Source: Bacteroidota bacterium (GTDB lineage Bacteria > Bacteroidota > Bacteroidia > Chitinophagales > Saprospiraceae). Taken from it: 64,000 bases of DNA. The DNA lies in the NCBI GenBank assembly GCA_039176995.1, contig JBCDFY010000005.1:7696-71695 (forward strand). Reading direction: 5' to 3'. Below the pieces are notes generated by a model that ran no database searches, was not told the DNA's origin, and saw only the letters and a list, made by a program, of their open reading frames with translations. Shown here piece after piece: positions 56,215 to 64,000 of the stretch. The position numbers and the translations under genes are program-made. The number at the start of each line of letters is the position of its first letter. Positions within the stretch are counted from its first letter, which is position 1.

Positions 56215-57216
56215 CTACTCTCCTAAAAGATAAGTCTGCTCTTCCACTTTTTGCACCTTCACACCGAGTATGTCTTGTAGCGTTTCCAGTGCAACTTCTA
56301 AATTATCGTTTGGCAGTGCAATAGTGATCGAACGTTTTGCAAGCTGCTCATTTATGAGATAAAGATCAACTCCATAAATCGCTCTCATATTCTCTAATAT
56401 TTGAGGTAAAAGTGTTTTCTTGTATTCCATCGTACCGTCTTTCCAAGAAGAGACCTTTCCATCTTTTACAATCTCACTAGCAAGAATTTTTTCTTTCTTC
56501 GAGTACGTGACCAAATCACCAGGATTCATTTCAATAATCGTATCTCTTTCCTGCTGTTTTACAGGTATTGCAAGCTGCACGATTCCTTCTTCTAAAAACA
56601 CTTTTGTTCTTTCCTGTCGACTATTCACATTAAAAGATGTTCCTAAAACGCTAATGGTTAAGTCATTGGTCAATACTTGGAATTGTTCTTGTGTTTGGGG
56701 TCTCTTTTTCACATTAAAAAAGGCTTCTCCTTTGAGATAAACTTTCCGAGGCTGATTTTTATAGTACCTTAATTCGGAATTGGCATTCAAAGTCACTAAT
56801 GAAGAATCTGGAAGCAATCGTTCTATACTTTCACTATAATTGGTGGCAATGATGATTTCTTTATTGAAATCATATCGAAAATAAAGAACACTTGATAAGA
56901 TCATCAAAACCGCAATGGCAGCCGCAATACTCCACCTATTTCTGTTTCTTCCTTTTTGCGTTCTACGCTCAATTTTGTTCATTAAATTGGCATACACTCG
57001 TTCCTGCCGCTCTTTTTCCTTGGGAATTGCTTTGAATTCGATTCCCAAATAAATATCCTTTGCCATTTCAGCAGTGGCACGATCCTCAGGATGGAGCACA
57101 AAATGATGCTCCCACTTGTTAATGTCCTCTTGATTAGTTTGCCCTGCCCAATTCAGAAAACTTTTGTCTTCTAGCCAAATATTGATTTGATTAATCTCTT
57201 CCGAGTTTGTTTGCAT
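56215..57216 (-). CDS. FecR family anti-sigma factor
   Basis: 333 aa. N-terminal cytoplasmic segment, a single TM helix (WSIAAAIAVLMILSSVLYF), a FecR domain and a C-terminal STN-contact domain. Confidence 0.85.
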   Translation of the reverse strand: MQTNSEEINQINIWLEDKSFLNWAGQTNQEDINKWEHHFVLHPEDRATAEMAKDIYLGIEFKAIPKEKERQERVYANLMNKIERRTQKGRNRNRWSIAAAIAVLMILSSVLYFRYDFNKEIIIATNYSESIERLLPDSSLVTLNANSELRYYKNQPRKVYLKGEAFFNVKKRPQTQEQFQVLTNDLTISVLGTSFNVNSRQERTKVFLEEGIVQLAIPVKQQERDTIIEMNPGDLVTYSKKEKILASEIVKDGKVSSWKDGTMEYKKTLLPQILENMRAIYGVDLYLINEQLAKRSITIALPNDNLEVALETLQDILGVKVQKVEEQTYLLGE

Positions 57217-57400
57217 AGTGATTTTAATTACTGCTTTGTTTAAAGAGAAAGAAAAGAAAGGAATCTATAACCCTTGAAAAGGAAGATTTTTTAATAATTC
57301 AAGATTTCATACTTTTTAATAAATTCAACACGTTGATAATCAACATTTTAATCAAACAATTTGGGTTCTTATTAACAATTAGGAGAAGATGCTTATAAGC

Positions 57401-57567
57401 CCAAATGAAAATTTTTATCCCGATAGCTATCGTGGATAAAAATTTTCATTTGGTAGGTTTTTATGGAGAGAAAGAGATATTTTCTGAAAAATTCAGAAAA
57501 TATCTCTTTCTCTCCGAAATTCCTTTTGAAAACGAGATAAAAAATGAATTTTCCATCTTGTTTTCAA
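57401..57567. other. Cluster of three hairpins (D1-D3) between the ECF sigma and fecR genes
   Basis: D1 57401-57453 is a near-perfect 26-bp palindrome arm with a 1-nt bulge. D2 57465-57515 has a 24-bp perfect stem and a 3-nt loop. D3 57526-57567 has a 13-bp stem with one G-T pair. Confidence 0.85.
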
Positions 57568-57652
57568 GAAATAACGTAGTTCAAGCAGAATAAAAAAGCT
57601 CAATTTTTGCTTAAAAGATGTTCTCCCTCTAATTCTTTACAAGATCCGTAAT

Positions 57653-58264
57653 TTATTTAAAGATGTTCCAATAAAAAAGTAGGTAAATCAATGAAATCAC
57701 ATTGGAAAGTACTTGAAGTTTGATATTGCTTCTAAGTTTTTTAAAGGCTTTATATAAGGTATTGAGGACGCCTTGCTGACTAATCTCCATCACTTCTGCT
57801 ATTTCTTTACTGGACAAATTATTGTAGTACTTTAAGTAGATTACTTCTCGTTGTCGAGTAGGCAATTCATTTAAAACTTGTTCCAAAAGATGATGCTTTT
57901 GCGCTTCTTCTTCCTCTCGAATTAAGAAGTCTTCTTACGAAAATTGAATATTAGTCGGATGAGTCAAATTAGACGAGCGAATAAATAACTTCTGCTCTTT
58001 TTTAATAGCAGCAATCAATCTATGACGAAAAGCGGTGTATAAGTAAGACTTAGTATGTTTGATCCCGAATAGCAAGTTCTTGTTTTCGTATAAGTACAAA
58101 AACAATTCTTGAATACATTCTTCGATTAGAAGTTCGTGATCCGTTATTCTTTTTCCATAGTGAAATAGCTTTGAGAAATAACGTTCAAAGAGACGAGAAA
58201 AAGCGGCTCTATCACCATTTCTTATTTTATCAACTAAGGCCTTATCGGAAAGTACGTTAATCAC
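57653..58264 (-). pseudogene. ECF (sigma-70 family) sigma factor interrupted by one in-frame TAA
   Basis: Region 2 (ORF 57935-58264, FSRLFERYFSKLFHY...) and region 4 (ORF 57653-57886, LPTRQREVIYLKYYNNLSSKEIAEVM) are in the same frame. They are separated only by a TAA at 57937-57935: ...NIQFS*EDFLIREEE... Confidence 0.7.
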
Positions 58265-58652
58265 GATTTAATTCAAATATTTTATCTTTCTTAGATAAAG
58301 ATATTATTTTTTAGGTAAATCAAAAAAAACACAAAACTTTGTTTTGTATGATTACGAGAAGTTTGACAAATATTTACGCCTAATCGAATAGCTATTAGGA
58401 TGGATTTTAGTCCGATTGACTAAGTGTTTTTACCCTAAAATTCAACGCTTACCAAGTCTATTTATCAGTTGAGAGCTCAAGCAGCAGATATCCTTCTCCC
58501 GACATTCTCCGATTCTAAAATGACAAGTTTGTTCCTTGTCTCAATTGCGACAAACTAGAAGGAAGCAGAATAGGTTCTTTCAGCAATTGATCACAATAAG
58601 CAAGTTATTTTTTCTTAACTTGATGCCGAAAAATGATAAAATAAACACCACT

Positions 58653-60050
58653 ATGGACATCGCCATTATTGGAAATGGAATCGCGGGTGTTACCGCCGCT
58701 CGCTATATCCGAAAATTGAGTAACCACAACATCTATCTCATCTCTTCCGAATCCAAAAATTTCTTTTCGCGCACTGCACTTATGTACATCTACATGGGAC
58801 ATATGCGCCAAGAAGATACCCAACCTTACGAAGAATGGTTTTGGGAGAAAAATCGCATCCATCGTATCTTCGATCACGTCGTAGATATTCAATTCGATCA
58901 AAAGAATTTGCATTTCCGAAGCGGAAAAGATTTAAAGTACGACAAGTTGATTTTAGCTTTGGGGTCCAAGCCGAATAAGTTTGGTTGGCCAGGTCAAGAC
59001 TTAAATTTTGTGAATGGTTTGTACTCCTTGCAGGATTTGGAAGCAATGGAAGCAGCAAGTGATAATCTGAAACGCGCCGTGATTGTGGGCGGCGGATTGA
59101 TTGGTATAGAAATGGCAGAAATGTTCGCCAGTCGGGATATTCCAGTGACTTTTTTGGTACGCGAAAACAGTTTTTGGAATAAAGTCATCCCTCCAGAAGA
59201 ATCTGCAATGGTCAATCGGCATATCTATGAGCATCACATTGATTTACGTTTAGGTACGGAACTAGACCGAATTGAAGATGATGGCAATGGAAATGCGCAC
59301 GCCATTTACACTAAAGATGGAGAACGCATCGAATGTGGCTATGTTGGATTGACGGCGGGCGTGCATCCCAATATCGACTTTTTGAAAAAATCTCCACTAG
59401 AGTTAGGACGAGGTATTTTGGTAGATAAATTCTTGGAAACCAGCGAGAAAAATGTTTACGCCATTGGTGATTGCTCCGAACAGCGTGAACCCGATGCAGG
59501 CAGAAGAGGCATAGAAGCCATTTGGTACACGGGGCGCATGATGGGCGAAGTTTGTGCCTACAATATCTGTGGTAAAAAGGTAGAATATCATCCTGGCATT
59601 TGGTTCAACTCTGCTAAATTTCTCGATATTGAATACCAAGTCTATGGTGATGTGCAAGCCAACCTACCAGAAGGACAAGACACCATTTACTGGGAACATT
59701 CAGATGGCAAAAAGAGCATTCGCATTAATTATGATAAAATTTCCATGGTCGTCACAGGTTTTAACTTGATGGGCGTTCGCTATCGCCACGAAGTTTGTGA
59801 GCAATGGTTAGCTCGCCCAACGCATATCGAAGAAGTACTGGAGAATCTCGCTATCGCCAATTTTGATCCTGAATTCTACAATGCCTACGAACGAGAAGTT
59901 ATACAAGTTTACAACCAGAAAATGGGCAAAAACGTACAACTCAAATCTAAGCGAGGACTGAAAGGTGCGTTGAATCTGCTGAAAAAAGCACGCTTCCGCA
60001 TGGGAAGATTTGAGAGTAAAGAGAAGCAGCGTCCAAAGGTAAAGGTTTAG
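58653..60050 (+). CDS. FAD/NAD(P)-dependent pyridine nucleotide-disulfide oxidoreductase family protein
   Basis: Motifs MDIAIIGNGIAGVTAA (GxGxxG), a second Rossmann fold VIVGGGLIGIEMA, and AIGDC. ATG at 58653; 58623 is also possible. Confidence 0.8.
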   Translation: MDIAIIGNGIAGVTAARYIRKLSNHNIYLISSESKNFFSRTALMYIYMGHMRQEDTQPYEEWFWEKNRIHRIFDHVVDIQFDQKNLHFRSGKDLKYDKLILALGSKPNKFGWPGQDLNFVNGLYSLQDLEAMEAASDNLKRAVIVGGGLIGIEMAEMFASRDIPVTFLVRENSFWNKVIPPEESAMVNRHIYEHHIDLRLGTELDRIEDDGNGNAHAIYTKDGERIECGYVGLTAGVHPNIDFLKKSPLELGRGILVDKFLETSEKNVYAIGDCSEQREPDAGRRGIEAIWYTGRMMGEVCAYNICGKKVEYHPGIWFNSAKFLDIEYQVYGDVQANLPEGQDTIYWEHSDGKKSIRINYDKISMVVTGFNLMGVRYRHEVCEQWLARPTHIEEVLENLAIANFDPEFYNAYEREVIQVYNQKMGKNVQLKSKRGLKGALNLLKKARFRMGRFESKEKQRPKVKV

Positions 60051-60130
60051 TTTGACGCGATCGTCGTCGCATAAACCTATTTCTACCGATCTCGAACTAT
60101 TTTAAAAAAACTCGAACTGTAAAAAACATC

Positions 60131-61927
60131 ATGAATATTTTGCAAAAAATAGGACTTGGACTTTTTGTCATTGCGCTCACCATTTTTACTATCTCTTTGG
60201 GGCTAAGCAAATATAAATTGACTGAAAGTTCCTTTGCTGGTGAAAATACAATTATCACAAATGAATATCATCAGGCAGAAGTAGCGAATCTCGCTCAGCA
60301 AGAAGGAATGCTGAATAAGGAATACAGCTCCAACATCAGCTTCATTAGCGACTACAAAAAGCTCTTGAAAAAAGCTCAACAATCGCTGTCGGAACAAGAA
60401 ATACCAGAAGGTTTAGGAGAATGGGATTTCAAAATGGGTGATTGGAAAATTAAAGAATACGTTTCTACCGCAGTGAGCAAAACGGCTTATGGCTTAGTAC
60501 CAGAAAATAAAGGACTTTTTCTCTTTTTAACTTTTGGTTTAGGCATCTTTGGCGGATTACTTTATATTTTGCCTGTTTTCTCAACCATTCCTGGTATCAA
60601 AAATAATGGCATCTACCAAGATTCCATGATGCGAGGTTTGGAGCTCAATTGGCGCGCAGGCTTCCTAGGCGCAACCATCGTTGGCGTATTGGTTTATGGC
60701 TTTTTCTACCTCAGCAATTTCTTTTGGCCGCTCTTTTCCGCGGTCATTATTGGGCTCATTATCTATTTGGTCTTTTTCAGAGAAAATCAAAAAGAGCGCA
60801 ATCCCGCCAAATCTGCTTCGCCGACTACCACTGCTTGGTTAGGTGTACTCACAGGTATTTATTTCATTGGATTTTATATTTTACTCTATTGGGCGCCTGC
60901 TTACATCAGCAATTGGGTGGCTATCGTTGACCCTATTAGTAGTGTACTAAATGGTGGTGGAGCAAGCCGCTGGTTTTTGTATGGCTTGATGTATTCAATC
61001 ATCGTTATCGTGATGGGCTTGCGCATGATCGCCAAATATCGCCACAACAAATACCAAATCTTACGCACCAGCTCGGTCATGTTTTTCCAGACTGCTTTTG
61101 CTTTCTTAATTCCTGAAATTTTGGTTCGCCTGAATCAGCCTTATTTTGATTTCAAAAATATCTGGCCCTTAGACTATGACTTTTTCTTCGACTACAATCT
61201 AAATACACTCTCCAGCAATGGAGGTATAGGAATTTTCATGCTCGTTTGGGGAATTTTATTGATCGTCCTAGGTGTCCCGATTTTCACCTATTTTTTTGGA
61301 AAACGCTGGTATTGTTCTTGGGTTTGTGGTTGTGGAGGTTTAGCGGAAACCTTGGGTGATCCTTATCGTCAACTTTCCGATAAAAGTTTACGCGCTTGGA
61401 AATTCGAGCGTTGGATTATCCATGGCGTTTTAGTTGCCGCTATCGTGATGACCGTCATGGTGTTATACACTTATTTTACAGGAAGCTATAACGTGCTATT
61501 CATGAATAGCGATACCGTTCGTACTTGGTACGGGTTTATGATTGGATCTGCTTTTTCAGGTGTAGTAGGTACAGGTTTCTATCCACTGATGGGCAACCGC
61601 GTTTGGTGTCGATTTGGTTGTCCACTAGCCGCTTATTTGGGCTTAGTGCAGCGCTTTAAGTCGCGCTTCCGCATTACTACGAATGGTGGTCAGTGCATCT
61701 CTTGTGGCAATTGTTCTACTTATTGCGAAATGGGAATTGATGTGCGCTCTTACGCACAGAAAGGACAAGACATCGTTCGTTCTTCTTGCGTCGGTTGTGG
61801 TGTCTGTGCAGCGGTTTGTCCTAGAGGTGTATTGAGACTAGAAAATGAAGGTTCGGATGTAGATGATCGTATGACGCACAGCCGTGCAATTCACGTTTCG
61901 GAAGAAGAGGTTGGGTTGTTGATGTAA
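60131..61927 (+). CDS. Polytopic membrane 4Fe-4S protein (NapH/MauN-like polyferredoxin)
   Basis: 598 aa, multiple TM helices. Motifs CSWVCGCG and CRFGCP, plus two ferredoxin motifs CISCGNCSTYCE and CVGCGVCAAVCP. Confidence 0.8.
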   Translation: MNILQKIGLGLFVIALTIFTISLGLSKYKLTESSFAGENTIITNEYHQAEVANLAQQEGMLNKEYSSNISFISDYKKLLKKAQQSLSEQEIPEGLGEWDFKMGDWKIKEYVSTAVSKTAYGLVPENKGLFLFLTFGLGIFGGLLYILPVFSTIPGIKNNGIYQDSMMRGLELNWRAGFLGATIVGVLVYGFFYLSNFFWPLFSAVIIGLIIYLVFFRENQKERNPAKSASPTTTAWLGVLTGIYFIGFYILLYWAPAYISNWVAIVDPISSVLNGGGASRWFLYGLMYSIIVIVMGLRMIAKYRHNKYQILRTSSVMFFQTAFAFLIPEILVRLNQPYFDFKNIWPLDYDFFFDYNLNTLSSNGGIGIFMLVWGILLIVLGVPIFTYFFGKRWYCSWVCGCGGLAETLGDPYRQLSDKSLRAWKFERWIIHGVLVAAIVMTVMVLYTYFTGSYNVLFMNSDTVRTWYGFMIGSAFSGVVGTGFYPLMGNRVWCRFGCPLAAYLGLVQRFKSRFRITTNGGQCISCGNCSTYCEMGIDVRSYAQKGQDIVRSSCVGCGVCAAVCPRGVLRLENEGSDVDDRMTHSRAIHVSEEEVGLLM

Positions 61928-61965
61928 GCGTAGTAAGTCGGTAGTGGGTCAAATCTGTGGATTAA

Positions 61966-61996
61966 GACTTGCTAAGTTTAGCAAACTTGGCAAGTC
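61966..61996 (+). terminator. Hairpin downstream of the 4Fe-4S protein gene
   Basis: GACTTGCTAAGTTT-agc-AAACTTGGCAAGTC (13/14). No T-run. Confidence 0.35.
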
Positions 61997-62143
61997 TGTG
62001 TCGATAAGTCAACAAGGCTTACCCCATCACCAATAAATCTTGAAAATTTTGGAGGATGTCCAAGATATTACAAGTATTTTTAAGATAGTCATACATGAAT
62101 CTGGGTAATTTACCGAGACTCCCAAAAAGGCAAACAATAACTC

Positions 62144-63484
62144 TTAAAACCTATATCCAACGTAGATTCTTCCCTGCACATCCAAGAATAGTTTATCAAA
62201 TAGTGTAGGATATTTTCCTGTCATGAAACTAATATTTCCCCAACCCAAATCTGTGAGCAATGCTGAGGAAATAGACCAACGATCTCCAATTAGCCATTTA
62301 TATTGAAGATTAGCACCTAATGCGGCATAGTGAGATACCTTATAAACATCCAATCTACCTGTCAATTCTTCATACGGTTCCCAATACCTTTTATTCTTTA
62401 TAAATTGCAATTCTGATCTGATATAGTAACCAATCCCCCATTTACTGTCCGTTTCCTTTTCAGAATATAGGTTCTGCCCAAAGTATAAATCAAAGTAAGG
62501 TTCTCTGAAATTAGAGAATACGTATTCAGGATTATTCTCGTCTTCTGACATATTCTTAACGAGGCTTAGCTTCCTTTCAAAGAAGGTTAAATCCATAAAT
62601 AAAGTCTTCGCACATTTTGCTGGAAAAAACTCATAACTCAAACTTATATTTCTTTGAGATTCCAGTGGAGTCGTTCCAATTCGGAGCTCTTTGAATGCTT
62701 GCCTTGAAAAACGTTCAATCCGCTCTTGCCTTGATTTCTTCTTTGTAGGGCTACCGGATTTGAATATGTATTCATAGCTTGCTTGCGCAGCAATAAAATC
62801 ACTTTTACTCCGAAAAGTAGTGAAGATAGCTTCTGGTTCTTGAGGCAGTTCTACTCGAAATTGGGTCTCTGCATGATAGCGCAGCCCAAAGTTCCCAAAT
62901 GCCTTTACGGAAAATTTAGAGCGTCTGTAACGATAGGACAAACGCAATCCTGCTTGTAAACTCGGATTGATTCCCGTTTTATAAGTGAAGTTCTCTGTGT
63001 TAATTATACCTCTCTCTGTATAAGCATTTCCCCCTTTTAACCATTCTATCCCTAAACCATACAAAGGTTCAAAGAAAGCCCTATCTCTAGGTAAACTAAT
63101 GATATTCCCAATATCCAATTGATGTCCTACATTTAAAGATACGGTACGGTTGAATGTTCCAGAGGATAATTGCAAATTTGAATTGGCATTCTTTCTAATT
63201 AAGACATCATATATTCTTGAATGATATCTAGTATAGCCTATGGAGAAAAATAGCTTTTCATGCTTAGGATAATAGTTTAAAATCCAACCTTCATTGTGCG
63301 GTACATAATAGCCTCTTCCAATAGAACTGCCTTCTTGACTTTCAAAAGTATGTTGAAAAGAGCTGAATAGAGTGGTCCCTAGTTCTCCACCGAAGCTCCA
63401 TTCTTGGGCGTTGGCTGGATTTGACAAAATGATGAAATGTGATATCAGACTAATGGTTATTGTATGTACTACGCCACTAATCAT
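62144..63484 (-). CDS. Predicted outer-membrane beta-barrel protein, unknown family
   Basis: Signal-like N-terminus from the ATG at 63484, alternating beta pattern, C-terminal ...YVGYRF (terminal Phe). Confidence 0.55.
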   Translation of the reverse strand: MISGVVHTITISLISHFIILSNPANAQEWSFGGELGTTLFSSFQHTFESQEGSSIGRGYYVPHNEGWILNYYPKHEKLFFSIGYTRYHSRIYDVLIRKNANSNLQLSSGTFNRTVSLNVGHQLDIGNIISLPRDRAFFEPLYGLGIEWLKGGNAYTERGIINTENFTYKTGINPSLQAGLRLSYRYRRSKFSVKAFGNFGLRYHAETQFRVELPQEPEAIFTTFRSKSDFIAAQASYEYIFKSGSPTKKKSRQERIERFSRQAFKELRIGTTPLESQRNISLSYEFFPAKCAKTLFMDLTFFERKLSLVKNMSEDENNPEYVFSNFREPYFDLYFGQNLYSEKETDSKWGIGYYIRSELQFIKNKRYWEPYEELTGRLDVYKVSHYAALGANLQYKWLIGDRWSISSALLTDLGWGNISFMTGKYPTLFDKLFLDVQGRIYVGYRF

Positions 63485-63597
63485 TACAATTTTATGAAGA
63501 TTAATTATTTGCAAAATCAATTAGCTTAATTTGTCATGCATGAATACTTCCTTATGCTATTCGAACTCGAACCAGAAGTTTTGTTGTATTTAGGGGT

Positions 63598-64000
63598 CTA
63601 AAATCGATAACCTAAATACAACCTAGCCTGAACATCAAAAAGAAGTGGGCGAAGAAAAACTTGATATTTAGTTTGAAGCAAGTCATCATTACTAGCAATA
63701 CCTAAGTCTGCTAATACAATTGGCGCAATTATCCAACGATCCTTGATCAAGCATTTATATTGAAGATTCATCCCTAATGCACCATACACATAAGGTGTCC
63801 AATTGAACTCTTGACTGTAAGCTATTTCTAAATCCCTTACATAATCTTTATTTCTAGCGACTCTAAATTCTGATCGTAAATAATAGCCAACACCCCATCC
63901 TCTACCTTTTTCATTATTGTGATATAAGTTTCTACCAATCATGATATCTAGAAATGGCTCTTTATAAAAATCAGGTAAGCCTTCAAGTGGAATATTTGGA
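63598..64000 (-). CDS. Paralog of the preceding beta-barrel protein, C-terminal part only (runs off right edge)
   Basis: The frame stays open upstream of the track's Met to base 64000 (...DFYKEPFLDIMIGRNLY...). It aligns with the C-terminus of 62144-63484: GWGVGYYLRSEF vs KWGIGYYIRSEL, and LYLGYRF vs IYVGYRF. Confidence 0.55.
   Translation of the reverse strand, partial: PNIPLEGLPDFYKEPFLDIMIGRNLYHNNEKGRGWGVGYYLRSEFRVARNKDYVRDLEIAYSQEFNWTPYVYGALGMNLQYKCLIKDRWIIAPIVLADLGIASNDDLLQTKYQVFLRPLLFDVQARLYLGYRF

Noticed and set aside
57405-57593. 62-aa ORF MKIFIPIAIVDKNFHLVGFYGEKEIFSEKF...
   Set aside because: It is read straight through the three perfect hairpins D1-D3. The palindromic DNA explains the open frame.

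Overview
This 64-kb segment looks like a Bacteroidota chromosome. Supporting features are a SusC/SusD pair under an ECF-sigma/FecR module, a T9SS C-terminal sorting domain, a LytS/LytTR pair, a glycogen-synthase/DUF4270-like pair and fused 2-oxoacid dehydrogenase E1. I call about 47 protein-coding genes, mostly housekeeping: polA, thrS, htpG, rocD, lpxK, tadA, E1 and E2 of 2-oxoacid dehydrogenases, a LemA-TPM-TPM operon and an ABC exporter. One PUL-like cluster runs from 47.1 to 58.3 kb. I saw no rRNA, tRNA or CRISPR array by eye.

The unusual content is mostly non-coding:
- A 154-bp dispersed repeat with terminal inverted repeats, in two copies (22.4 kb and 33.5 kb).
- A textbook MITE with 19-bp perfect TIRs and a 10-bp target-site duplication (44.09-44.25 kb). 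It sits in a roughly 950-bp element graveyard that also holds a 48-codon arylsulfatase N-terminal remnant.
- Three clusters of three back-to-back, near-perfect hairpins with unrelated sequences (4.2, 11.8 and 57.4 kb).
- Several other short dispersed or palindromic repeat families.

Coding oddities:
- An ECF sigma gene split by one in-frame TAA.
- A metal ABC permease fused to a complete DtxR/MntR-type regulator, with no ATPase or binding-protein gene nearby.
- A low-GC orphan gene with a PD-(D/E)XK-like motif.
- A TIR-like gene truncated by the left window edge.

All family names come from motif recognition and memory. No database search was run, so they need HMM or BLAST confirmation.
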